From a virus, in the UHGV virus genome UHGV-0021788: DNA of 64,000 nt; one strand, given 5' to 3'. Made by a program: the position numbers and the translations under genes. The notes below the pieces were generated by a model. The model searched no databases. It saw nothing but the letters and a program-made list of their open reading frames with translations, and was not told the origin of the DNA. Positions 53,705 through 64,000 of this stretch are shown in pieces (the stretch's first letter is position 1; the number at the start of each line of letters is the position of its first letter).

Positions 53705-56377
53705 ATGCCTAATAGAATTTGGAGTGAAGAAAAAAAAGATTGGATAATAGTCGATGAAACAAATTTAGCTACAAATATAGAAGTAATGGATATCAAAGAG
53801 TACTATCATAAAAAGAAAACAGAAGAAGAAACAAAAGATGATGAATTTTTAAGTGTTGAAAAATGCTTAGAACAAATAGGGGATAAAATAAATAATGGTG
53901 ATATAGGTGCTATAGGTGAAATAAAAGATAAAGTACAAGATTTGGATGACAGAGTAACCTATATTGAAGAAAACGGTGGTGGTGGAGGAGGTGGCTCTTC
54001 CATGCCTACCGTTAAACTTCTTAGTGATAGTTATTATGCTATACCAACCGATGGAGAATTAAATATTTATTATAACTTTACTTCTCCAAATATAGGATTT
54101 GGTACAGCATTTATAAGTTTAGACTATGGAACAGCTGAACAGTTATCAGTTGCACAAGGTCGTAATTTTTATACTGTAAAAAACTTAGAAAAAGGTGAAC
54201 ATAGACTAGATATATATGTAACTGATATAACAGGTTTATTCTCGAATACAGTTACAGTAACAATAGTTGTTGGTGGACTTGAATTAACTTCTAATTTTGA
54301 CGATAGTACGGATTTATCCTTAGAGGATTATATTAGAATAAGATATGTTATCTCAACAATATCTTCTAAGCCAATTGAAGTGTCTATTGAAATAGATGGT
54401 AAACTAACAAAAGCAGAAGGTATAATTGGTCAAAATATATTGGAAGTTGGACAGTTTAGTTCATTAGGGGTTCATACAGTTAAAATATCAGCCGTCAGTG
54501 GTGATTTAGTATCAAACCAATTAGTATTTAATTTAGTTGTAGCCGATTCAGAAAATCTTTATGTATCTACTACTTTTCCTGATAATTATACTATACAAGT
54601 AGGTAAAAACCTACAAATTGATTATAGAAATAGTATGGTAAATCAAAATAGATTTATTACTCATATGCTTATAAATGGTACTGAAGTAGATACGGTAACA
54701 TCTTATTCAGGATATAACTATTGGAACGTTGGGTCTAATTTAGAGATAGGTTTATATACTTTAACATTATATTCTACTACATCCGATGGTGCATATACAT
54801 CAAATTATTTAACATGGGTAATAGATGTTGTTTCAGAAGACTATGTTCCCTTTAAGGTTGTAACAGATGGGTTATTATGTAATTTTGATGCTAATGGTAA
54901 TCAACAAACATCTTCTAGTAGAAACATATGGAAAGACGATAGTGGAAACGACGTTAAATGTGAATTGTTTAATTTCAACTATTCTACAAATGGTTGGATA
55001 GATAACAGTTTAGTATTTAATGGTAAAACATATGCTAAAATAGATTTTTCTCCTTTTAGTGATAATATCAAAAATGGTATGACAATTGATATGTTATTTA
55101 AAGTAAAAAATGTTGGTGATATAGACGGAAAAGTATTATGGTGTAAAAATCCAATTACACCTTACCAAGGTTTTTATATAAATACTTATGAGGCAAATTG
55201 TCGTTCTGCCAACTCAAGAATAGTTAGTAACCAATTTCAAGATGACACATGGACTAGAATAACATGGGTTATTAATAGAGAAGATTTGACAATGATAGCT
55301 TATGTAAATGGTATCATAACGAAACCTGTATATATAACAGATACAGAAAACTTTAGAATGGAAAAAGATATTTATCTAGGTGTATCATTTGACGAAGTAG
55401 ATAACAATTTAGATAATGATGGTAATCCAATACCTCACTATGCATCTTGTTCTATAAAAACATTTAGAATATATGATAGAGCATTAACTGATGAAGAAAT
55501 ATTACAAAATCATATTGCCGATATAAAAGATAAAGAAAAACAATTGGAAATAAGAGAAAAGAACTATGGTGATAGTACAATGCCTATCATAAAATTTGAA
55601 GGTAATGTAGAAGGTATGGATGGTAGTATCTATAAATTATTAACAATAGATTATAATGACCCATTAGACCCATCTAAACGTTTTAGACAAGAACAATGTA
55701 GAGTAAAATGGCAAGGTACTTCTTCACTAGAATATCCAGTAAAAAACTATACAATAGAACTTAGAAGTGGTGGTAACGTTTGGGAATATGCTCCTAAAGA
55801 CAATTGGCTACCAGAAAAAAGATATACTTTGAAGGCTTCGTTTATGGATAGTTCTACATATAATAACGTTGGTTCTTCTAAATTAATTTATGATTACTTT
55901 AGAAAATCTAATATGTTTTATCCACAAGAAATTAAAAATCCTAAAACTAGAGCAGTAATAGATGGTTTCCCAGTTAGACTTTATATTAATGGGGAATCAA
56001 AAGGTATATATATGTTCAATATAGATAGATATGCTGAAAACAATTATGGATTTTCTGGGGAATCATCAATTGTATCTTATGAAATAGCTGTCAACTCTGA
56101 AAGTGGTGCTGGTGCTTTCGCATCAGATGCTTGGTCAAGTATACGTTCTGAATTTGAAATGAGATATCATTATGCTGGAGATGAAAGTGTTGTATGTGAA
56201 ACTGTTATGGAAAATGGTGTACCAACTACTGTTTTAAAAGCAGGTTTTCATTCAGAATTACAAAATTTAGTTTCATGGGTATTAAATTCTACTATAGAAG
56301 AGTTTAGAAGTGAATTAAAAGAACATTTTGAATTAAACTTTTTAATAGATTATTATCTATGGGTTCTATGTTTGGGT
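53705..56377 (+). CDS. Giant host-interaction protein, exon 1: a Gly-rich linker, Ig-like region, LamG (ConA-like) domain and the N-terminal part of a CotH-like domain.
   Basis: LamG-like NSLVFNGKTYAKIDFSP...TWTRITWVINRED..AYVNG. CotH-like KRYTLKASFMDSSTYNNVGSSKLIYDYF...VRLYINGESKGIYMFNIDRY. The RBS resembles that at 47598. Confidence 0.55.
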
Positions 56378-56469
56378 TAATACAATGGCTCAAGTAAAAC
56401 TTTCTCTGATTAATGGCGAACACCCTAGTAGAAAAGGGCAACGCTCAAGAAGATTTATTTAACAATATT

Positions 56470-56498
56470 TTGACTTTTAATAAAATAAGTAGTATAAT
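56470..56498 (+). promoter_or_regulatory. Intron-internal promoter for the GIY-YIG HEG: TTGACT-17-TATAAT.
   Basis: The same cassette (ttgacttttaataaaataagtagtataatataa) as the Vsr-like HEGs. Confidence 0.5.
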
Positions 56499-56519
56499 AT
56501 AAATGAAAGGGGTGATACT

Positions 56520-57230
56520 ATGAGTGAAAATAAATATTATGTTTATGAATGGATTAGATTAGACACAAATGAACCATTTTATGTAGGTAAAGGTTGTGGA
56601 GATAGATGGAGGAATTTATATAGGGATTACAATCCTCGTTTTATGAATATAATAAATAAAGTACCAGTAGCAGTATCAATATTAATAAATAATTTAACAG
56701 AAAAGGAATCTTTTGATTTTGAATGTTATTATATATGGTTATATAAAGATATTATAGGATATGATATATGCAATATAAATGAAGGTGGGGAAGGTCAAAG
56801 TTTATGTGGTGAAGCTAATGGTTTTTATGGTAAACATCATTCAGAAGAAACTAAAAAATTATTAAGTGAACAACATAAAGGCATGACTTATTCTCAAGAG
56901 ACAAAAAATAAATTGAGTGCTATGAGAAAAGGTGAAGGGAACGCTATGTGGGGACGTAGAGGAGAATTATCTCCGCATTGGGGTAAAAAATATTCAGAAG
57001 AAAGAAAAAATAATATTAGTAAAGCAATGGGTACTTCTGTAAAGTGTATTGAATTAAATATAGAATTTAATAGTCTTAATAAAGCAGAAAAATATATGAT
57101 TAAAGAATATGATATTAAATTTTCTCATAAAACTTTAAAAGCTACGATAGAAAAAAGAAGAAAAAAAGATTGGTATGGAGAAATAGAAATTAATGGAGAA
57201 TTAATTAAACTTCATTGGGAATATTGTTAA
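56520..57230 (+). CDS. GIY-YIG homing endonuclease with NUMOD3 repeats (I-TevI-like).
   Basis: YVYEWIRLDTNEPFYVGKGCGDRW (the GIY-YIG motif). Repeated GKHHSEETKKKLS / SQETKNKLS / SEERKNNIS (NUMOD3). Confidence 0.75.
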   Translation: MSENKYYVYEWIRLDTNEPFYVGKGCGDRWRNLYRDYNPRFMNIINKVPVAVSILINNLTEKESFDFECYYIWLYKDIIGYDICNINEGGEGQSLCGEANGFYGKHHSEETKKLLSEQHKGMTYSQETKNKLSAMRKGEGNAMWGRRGELSPHWGKKYSEERKNNISKAMGTSVKCIELNIEFNSLNKAEKYMIKEYDIKFSHKTLKATIEKRRKKDWYGEIEINGELIKLHWEYC

Positions 57231-57446
57231 ATAAAATCACTTGCAACGACTGAGTGAGAAAGGCTTAAAGATTAATTCTTTAAGTAAGCAACAGTCTGAA
57301 CTTGCGAATATAATTTCTACAAAAAACAAATCGCAGAAGAGGGGTCATCGGTAATCAGACCGATTAAAGAAGAACCCCTCTCGCCAACTTAGGTTGGTCA
57401 GTAGCCGAAAGGTGAAAGTAACAGAATGCTAGTAGACAACTTGGGT

Positions 57447-57691
57447 TTAATGATTTTGGCTCAAGTATAAAATTCTCTCTGATTAATGGCGAACACCCTA
57501 GTAGAAAAGGGCAACGCTCAGGAAGATTTATAAAATCACCTGCAACGACTGAGTGAGAGAACACTTATTTAAGTGAAGCAACAGTCTGAACTGCAAATAT
57601 AATTTCTACAATAACAAATTGCAGAAGGAAGTTGAAGTGCTTCCTCGCCAACTCAAGTTGGTCAGTAACCGAAAGGTGAAAGTAACAGAAT
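57447..57691 (+). mobile_element. Intron-like element, class 3, ORF-less. It is a tandem near-copy of the preceding element without the endonuclease.
   Basis: The 5' and 3' blocks are near-identical to 56388-56460 and 57345-57424. A putative mini-exon of about 19-22 nt lies at 57428-57446. Confidence 0.45.
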
Positions 57692-57745
57692 TGAAAAATA
57701 TGGTTTTAACAACTTTCGGTATGAATGCTGAAGGTAACGTAATTT
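57692..57745 (+). CDS. Putative short CotH exon (LKNMVLTTFGMNAEGNVI).
   Basis: This frame is open only here. The peptide continues a CotH-like core when joined to WYDADSELG of the next exon. Confidence 0.35.
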
Positions 57746-58001
57746 GGTATCCATCCTTTGACATAGGAGGATGTAAAACTCTCTTTAATTGACTTGGAAG
57801 TCCTGAAGAGGACGACAGGGGGCAAGTTTAAATACAGCCTGAACGACTAAACAAGAGAGCATTATCATATTGATAATGATGTGATAGTCTGAACTCTAGT
57901 AATAACTTGTTTTAATGAAACTAGAGAAGGAAATCCGAAGTGTTTTCCTCGCCATAAAATATTATGGTCAGTAGCTTAGGAATAAGTGAAAGTAACAGAA
58001 T
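57746..58001 (+). mobile_element. Intron-like element, class 3, a divergent third copy, ORF-less.
   Basis: It has the same 3' terminus (cctcgcca....gtcagta.c...gtgaaagtaacagaa) and an analogous 5' block (gtaaaactctctttaattgacttgg). A tggtat repeat occurs at both junctions. Confidence 0.45.
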
Positions 58002-61000
58002 GGTATGATGCAGACTCAGAGTTGGGTTTAACCAACGATGGTGAGTTAAGATACGGTTCAGGTATCGACACTTTAACAGATAATTTCAATACTTCTGATT
58101 CTAAATTATGGACTAAATTACTAGAAGCTTTCCCAGATGAAGTACAAGCAAGATATATCTATATGAGAAGTAATGGATTTATGACTTATGAAAATATTAT
58201 AAAATATTATGAAAATATAGCAGATACAATTGGTCAAACATTCTATAATGAAGATGCAAGACTTAAATATATTAATGAAGATAATAAATCATTTATTTAT
58301 ATGTGTAATGGTTCAAGACTTGAACATACAAAAAGATGGTTAAGCGAACGTATTGTATATATGGATAGTAAATTTAACTATGGTGATTTCTTATTATCTT
58401 CTACTATACGTTCAAATGTTTCCGGTGAGGTATCATTAAAAGTAAAAACATATTCACCTCAATGGGTAGAAATATCTTTCTCAGATAGTGCTACAGGTAC
58501 AACAAGACAATGGTGTAGTAAAGATAAATGGTATACATTTATAAATACCATTGAAAATGCCGTCGACAACAATATCACCATTAGAGGTGTAACTAATATA
58601 ATGTATTTACAAGGATTAGAAAATTTAAATGTATCTTCTTTACTTGTATCAAATGCAAAAGGTTTATGTGAAATTGATATTCATGGTTCTAAACGTATTC
58701 AAAGATTGGAACTAGGTAACAATATCATGTTACAAAAACTTAATTGTAAAGATTGTATTAATTTAGGTATTGATGATAACTATAAAGTTGTTAACTTGGA
58801 AAAATGTATCAACTTAAAATATCTTGATTTATCTAATACTATGATAGGTACACTTCAATTAAATAAAGATGGTGGTGCATTAGAATATTTAGATTTATCT
58901 GAAACAGAATTAACTTATTTAACTTGTAACCATCAAGAATATTTACCTGAAATAAAATTAGATGGTTGTAAAAATCTATCATCTGTTACTATTAATGGTT
59001 GTAATGCATTAACAAGATTGAGTTTACCTAATACTAAATTAGCTGAATTTACTGTAACAGATTGTAATAGTTTAAATTACCTTGATATATCATATACTGG
59101 TTATTTAGTAAAATTAGATTTAACAGGTTGTAGTAGTTTAACTACTTTAATAATGTCAGGTATAGCAAATAATAAATTTACTGAATTAGATGCGAGAACA
59201 TTAACAAAATTAACAACATTAGATGTGTCTAAATGTTATTTCTTAAATAATATAAGATTTGCTAATGGATATAATGCTTTAACATCTGTAAACTTCCAAC
59301 AAAGTGGGATTAAGACTTTACAGTTTGGAAATAATGAAAAACCTCCTTATTTAGATTTATCTCCATTTAATTTAACAGAAGTTAATTTCTATAACTGTAC
59401 TGAAATAGAATATATTAAAAATATAAAATTATATGCTACAAAATCCATAGAACCTTTTTATAATTGTGTTAATTTACACACTATAGAAGGTACTATAAGT
59501 TTAACTGATGATTTAGGAAGAAGTTTTTATAATTGTAAAAAACTAGTTAATTTACCTACTTTAGATTTAAGTAGAGTTAAAACAGCTTCGGATTCCTTTA
59601 TGCATTGTGAGTCTTTAACTTATGACCAATTACTAGAAATTTTAGGTAAGATGAATAATTGTCAAAGTTTTTATAGAACTTTCCAAAACTGTTTAGCTAT
59701 GGAACATGACGGTTGGGAAAAAGCTTTATTCGATAAGATACCAAAAGCAACTTATTTTTATTGGACATTCTCAGATACTCCAATAAGCGGACAATTAGAG
59801 CAAGGAATCTTTGATAGTTTATTAGATTTACAAACTGTAGATGGATTATTTAGCGGTGGTAAGGCAAAAGGTTATATTCCAGCCAATCTATTCAAATATA
59901 ATACAAAATTACAAAATCTTTGGAATCTATTTAATGGATGTAAAGAATTAGAAACTGCTACTAATATAGTAAACATGTTTACCACTACAGTAGATTTAAG
60001 AGGTATAGAGGGATTATTTAGTGGTTGTACTAATGCTTTTATGAAACTAAGTGATACATGGTTTGCAAATTGTCCAGAGCTACAAAATATGGATTATGCT
60101 TTTGCAAATTGTACAAACTTAATTGGTTCTATAGCTGAAAATCCTCATATGATAAAAAATAAATCTAAATTAACAACAGCAGAACATACCTTCCTTAATT
60201 GTACAGGCATAAGTGGTGATTTACCTGATGATTATTTTGTTGGGTGTACTGCTTTACAAGAAATACAAGGACATTTTCAAGGATGTACTGGTCTAACAGG
60301 AACTCCTAAAACTGAATCATGGATAGATTGTGAAAATATAACTAATGCTTCATATTTATATGCAGGATGTACTGGTTTAGGTGGTATAGCAGGTGCTACT
60401 CAAGAAATACCTAAAGATTTCTATAAAAGAAAATATAGACTTATAGATATATCTGGTATGTGGCAAGGTTGTAATCAACTACAATTTTCTCTAATGCCAT
60501 TAAAAGAAGATAAGTTAGGTGAGGATGGAGCTGTTATAGAAAAAGGGGACGACCCTTGGTTTGTTGATTGTAGACAGTTAGCGAAAATAAATTATCTATT
60601 TGATGGTTGTAGTAATTTATCATCTGTAATACCTTCTAGGTTATTTGAAGTTTGGGATGAAAAAGGCGAAGTAATGGATACACTTATAACAGAAGCTAAA
60701 GCGGTATTTAAAAATTGTCAATTACTTACAGATGAAATACCAGAAAATCTATTTGAAAAATTTATTAAAGTTAGAGATTTAACTGAATTTTTCTATCAAT
60801 GTAGAAGTTTAACTGGTGGTATTCCTGATACATTATTTTCTAATTGTTATTCTTTAGTTTATGCTAATAGAATGTTTATGCGTTGTGGTAAATTAGGAAA
60901 ATATGCAGACCAAGTAACAGAAGAAGAGCCATATTTCTGTAATGAAGAACTATTTTGGAACTGTCCTAACCTATTGGAAATATCTCAATTATTCCATATG

Positions 61001-61396
61001 TATGATGGATGGGGAACTTCTCTAAGAGGAGACATACCTCCATTGTTATTTAGAGCTAATCCTAAATTACAAAATATAAATAATGCCTTTGCTGGTTGTA
61101 GTCTTTTAACTGGTGGGTTGGATGGGCAACTATTTGTTAGAAATGCTAAATTAAAAACTGCTAGAGAAACTTTCCACGGTTGCTCAGGTTTAAATGGAGA
61201 AATGAGTGGAGCGTTATTTACCTCTACTAATAATCCACTTTTAACAGATTTCTATCAAACCTTTCAAAATTGTAAAAATATACAAGGTACTGCACCTTCA
61301 TTATGGACACAATTCTCTAATGCAAATGGTGGAGGATGTTTTAATGGATGTACTAAATTAAGTAATTATGCAGATATACCTTCACAATGGAAATAA
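58002..61396 (+). CDS. Giant host-interaction protein, last exon: the CotH C-terminal part plus an extensive BspA-type leucine-rich repeat region.
   Basis: The frame is open from 57986. LRR_5-like repeats (F.gCt.L.g.i......f..C..L) run through about 59300-61300. A strong terminator follows. Confidence 0.55.
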
Positions 61397-61408
61397 AAGT
61401 CTTATTAT

Positions 61409-61447
61409 ACTCATGTAAAGAGTTATTTCTTTACATGAGTTTTTTTA
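61409..61447 (+). terminator. Rho-independent terminator.
   Basis: actcatgtaaag-agttattt-ctttacatgagt followed by T7. Confidence 0.65.
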
Positions 61448-61470
61448 TTTAAAATTAAGGAGATGATAAA

Positions 61471-61857
61471 ATGAGAGTAAATTTAACAATAGATAATAAA
61501 GATAAAATTATTGAATTTCATTATAAGAAGGTGAAAGGAAATATTACAATTAAATTCATTGACGATGATACTGGTGAAGTTATAAAAACAAAAATATTAT
61601 CTGATTTAGAACTTGGTACACATAATATAAAACCTACAGAAATAGAAGGATACAAATTCGTAGGGGAAGAGATTGTTGAAGAAATAGAAGAAGATGAAGA
61701 AGATTATGATGAAGAATACGATGAAGATGAAATAGATGATGAAGAATATGACGAAGAGATAGAAGAAGATGATGATGAAATAGAAGAATTAGAAGACGAC
61801 GAATTAGATTCTATTAAAAAATTTGTAGATGGATTAAGTGGAAAGGATGGGAAATAA
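61471..61857 (+). CDS. Small protein with a poly-D/E C-terminal tail.
   Basis: AAGGAG RBS. The acidic tract EEIEEDEEDYDEEYDEDEIDDEEYDEEIEEDDDE. Confidence 0.45.
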   Translation: MRVNLTIDNKDKIIEFHYKKVKGNITIKFIDDDTGEVIKTKILSDLELGTHNIKPTEIEGYKFVGEEIVEEIEEDEEDYDEEYDEDEIDDEEYDEEIEEDDDEIEELEDDELDSIKKFVDGLSGKDGK

Positions 61858-62241
61858 ATGGATAATAAAGAATTATTAGAACAATTAAAAAAGTGCCTTA
61901 GTATATGTGATAGTTTAAAAGCTGAGAAAGAAGAATTAATACAACAATTAGAAGAAGAAAAACAAACAAATGAACAATTATCTAAAACTTTAGTTGAAGC
62001 AAATAATGCAGTTGTTGAAACAATAGATGTCTTAGGTAAAACGAATAATTCTATTATGGAATTTAAAGAAGGCGTTTTAAATTATCAAGCTTATGTAACA
62101 GTTTCATTAGATAATATGTATAAAAAGGTTAATAGTATCATAGAAAATGAAGAAGTAAGAAAAGAAGATTTAAGTAAATTTAAAGACGAAGTAGAAAATG
62201 TAATAAAAGAATTAGAAGAATTAAATAAAGAATTAAGCTGA
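61858..62241 (+). CDS. Coiled-coil protein (127 aa).
   Basis: The start overlaps the upstream stop (ATAAATG). Confidence 0.4.
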   Translation: MDNKELLEQLKKCLSICDSLKAEKEELIQQLEEEKQTNEQLSKTLVEANNAVVETIDVLGKTNNSIMEFKEGVLNYQAYVTVSLDNMYKKVNSIIENEEVRKEDLSKFKDEVENVIKELEELNKELS

Positions 62242-62251
62242 GGTGAATTCA

Positions 62252-63163
62252 ATGGATAAAAAAGAAAAAGAAGATGATAAAAAAGTAGATGTGCTTAGCA
62301 GTTCTTTATCAACAACAGTTAAGAAAAATTATGCAATGGAACAAAGTAAAATTAAATTATTTTGGAATAAAGGAATTACTGGAGAAGGAATAAAGGTTGG
62401 AATAGTTGATACAGGTTTACAATTAGACCATCCTATGTATAATGGAAAAATATTATGTGGTAAAAATTTCTCTAATGATGGTAATTCTGAAGATAATTTA
62501 TCTAGTAATCATTATCATGGAACTGCCGTAACATCTTTAGTATGTGGCGATTATATGAATTATCAAGCTTATGGTATAGCACCTGATTGTAAAATTGTAA
62601 TAGGTAAAGCTATGAATGACAAAGGTGTAGGTAATGCTACTAATATAGCTAATGCAATAACATATTGTGTACAACAAGGAGTAGATATAATAAATTGTTC
62701 TTTAGGATGCGTAGATGATACACAAGTATTGAGAAATGCCGTAAATTTAGCAGTTTCAAATGGCATATCAATAGTTTGTGCTAGTGGTAACGATGGACAT
62801 AATGATACAGATGGGAGTATTAGAGAAGTAAGATACCCAGGTGCTTATGGTGAGAGTATTTGTGTAGGTGCAATAGATATAAATTTTAAGGTAACTGATT
62901 TTAGTAATTCAAATGAATTTGTTGATGTTGTAGCACCAGGGCAAGATATATTATGTGCTTATCCTGGTGATAAGTATGCTATAATAAGTGGAACTTCATT
63001 TGCTACACCTATAATAAGTGGAATATTAGCATTACTTAAACAAAAGTTTAGAATAGACTTTAAAAGAGACCCAGTTGAATCAGAATTATATGGTATGTTA
63101 TTAAAATATACCAGAGAGATTAAAGGAGTTCCAAGAAGTATGCAAGGGAATGGTTATCCCTGA
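62252..63163 (+). CDS. Subtilisin-like serine protease (peptidase S8).
   Basis: Catalytic triad motifs VGIVDTGL (Asp), HGTAVTS (His) and GTSFATP (Ser). The ATG at 62252 follows a GAGGTGA RBS. Confidence 0.7.
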   Translation: MDKKEKEDDKKVDVLSSSLSTTVKKNYAMEQSKIKLFWNKGITGEGIKVGIVDTGLQLDHPMYNGKILCGKNFSNDGNSEDNLSSNHYHGTAVTSLVCGDYMNYQAYGIAPDCKIVIGKAMNDKGVGNATNIANAITYCVQQGVDIINCSLGCVDDTQVLRNAVNLAVSNGISIVCASGNDGHNDTDGSIREVRYPGAYGESICVGAIDINFKVTDFSNSNEFVDVVAPGQDILCAYPGDKYAIISGTSFATPIISGILALLKQKFRIDFKRDPVESELYGMLLKYTREIKGVPRSMQGNGYP

Positions 63164-63215
63164 CCTTAGTATACGCAGGGAAAAAATTATAAAATAAACA
63201 GAAAGGAGAAATAAA

Positions 63216-64000
63216 ATGTTTGATAAAGATAATAAATTTGGATTTATTAATAATAATGAATCTAATAATAATGTAGAAGGGTTGAATAAAGTTAAAACTG
63301 ATATTACTAATATTAAAAGTGATGTAGATGAACTTAATACGCAATATAAAGATATTGCGACTAACAAAGCAGATAAAACTACTACTGCAAATATACAACA
63401 ACAAGTAAATAATCTTGTATTAGGAGCAGTGGGGGACGGAAATAATGCTGAAGTAGTTCAAGCTAGAGGTTCTTATACTACTTTAAACGCAAGATTAGAC
63501 AGTTCTGATAAAGGCAAACTTAATAAAATAGATTTTGTTGTAGATAAATACAATGATAATTATACAGCAATAGATGAATCCACTTTAAAATTTAATGTTG
63601 GTTATAATTTTAGCACTGACGGAGAAATGAGCAAATTAACAAATCAGGATTGGTGGTGTGTGTCTGATTATATACAACTTCCAAATAAAGGATATTTAGA
63701 AGTGAAAGGATATAGTGACCGTACTACACCAACTGCAATTGTTGTATATAATTCTAGTAAAGAAATAGTTGAAAAAATAAAGACTAAAAACCCCGACGAT
63801 GTCGGTAGTACTTTCCCGTGGGAAAAAGTAATTATATCAAAAGAGATTAATCCTGAATATTCATATGTACGAGTTTTAGGAAATTATTATAATGGGAGTT
63901 ACCGTAGACCAGCTTATGCAAATGAATACACTTGTCAAAATATACAAACAAATAGATATAAACCATATAGTGCAGGTACTATATTCTTTACTGTTAATGT
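63216..64000 (+). CDS. Phage structural or tail-fibre-like protein, 3'-truncated at the window end.
   Basis: GAAAGGAG RBS. The frame is open to the end of the window. The N-terminal AEVVQARGSYTTLNARLD motif is typical of phage fibre or appendage N-termini. Confidence 0.45.
   Translation, partial: MFDKDNKFGFINNNESNNNVEGLNKVKTDITNIKSDVDELNTQYKDIATNKADKTTTANIQQQVNNLVLGAVGDGNNAEVVQARGSYTTLNARLDSSDKGKLNKIDFVVDKYNDNYTAIDESTLKFNVGYNFSTDGEMSKLTNQDWWCVSDYIQLPNKGYLEVKGYSDRTTPTAIVVYNSSKEIVEKIKTKNPDDVGSTFPWEKVIISKEINPEYSYVRVLGNYYNGSYRRPAYANEYTCQNIQTNRYKPYSAGTIFFTVN

Larger units (their letters stand above)
56378..57427 (+). mobile_element. Intron-like element, class 3, carrying a GIY-YIG homing endonuclease.
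   Basis: A 5' block (ggctcaagtaaaac.ttctctgattaatggcgaacaccctagtagaaaagggcaacgctca) and a 3' block (tgcaacgactgagtgag...cgccaact.aagttggtcagta.ccgaaaggtgaaagtaacag) are repeated in an ORF-less tandem copy. It interrupts a CotH domain. The exact ends are uncertain. Confidence 0.55.

Noticed and set aside
880-63404. All minus-strand ORFs in the track (for example 880-1116, 1013-1312, 13825-14178, 22349-22870, 48097-48381, 63101-63404).
   Set aside because: They lie antisense inside long + strand genes. They are low-complexity (poly-F/L/S/I) translations of AT-rich or repetitive sequence, lack RBSs and break the otherwise uniform + strand operon architecture.
1-64000. Transposon or IS element, or tRNA genes.
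   Set aside because: No transposase-like ORF or terminal inverted repeats were seen. The mobile elements present are introns and homing endonucleases. No cloverleaf-like tRNA candidates were noticed by eye in the intergenic regions, but this was not checked systematically.

Overview
This is an AT-rich (about 30% GC) window with every real gene on the + strand. It reads as the late structural module of a siphovirus-type phage or prophage from a low-GC Firmicute, probably Clostridium-like. Gene order: an acidic head/scaffold-like gene (exon 2 only), a small head protein, the major capsid protein (MCP), five connector or tail-completion proteins, the major tail protein, two chaperone ORFs separated only by an in-frame TAG, a giant tape measure protein (TMP), an HNH endonuclease, Dit, a Tal-like protein, very large collagen-like and depolymerase-type tail fibres (beta-helix plus GH16 glucanase, a peptidase S74 chaperone fibre, BppU-like paralogs, a purple-acid-phosphatase-like metallophosphoesterase, and a LamG-CotH-LRR giant protein), then an acidic protein, a coiled-coil protein, a subtilisin S8 protease and a 3'-truncated fibre-like gene.

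The dominant feature is an extreme density of self-splicing intron-like insertions: at least 12 in 64 kb, in three sequence classes. Class 1 carries canonical group I P/Q/R/S core elements (aattgctggaaa, aatcagcagg, cttcaacgacta, gatatagtc). Six of its seven copies carry a Zn-ribbon plus Vsr-like (DUF559/EDxHD-type) homing endonuclease ORF. Class 2 comprises two short ORF-less elements in the TMP. Class 3 comprises three elements in the CotH gene, one with a GIY-YIG/NUMOD3 endonuclease.

These elements split the head gene, the MCP, the major tail protein, the TMP (four times), the phosphoesterase gene (twice) and the CotH-LRR gene (three times). Each endonuclease ORF has its own TTGACT-17-TATAAT promoter and RBS cassette, and that cassette is shared between the two endonuclease families.

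The spliced TMP would be about 4,300 aa, with large internal duplications and a roughly 120-aa lysine/serine/threonine tract. Exon and intron borders were derived by reading-frame continuity and alignment between intron copies. They are approximate to within a few nucleotides, and the class 3 junctions are unresolved.
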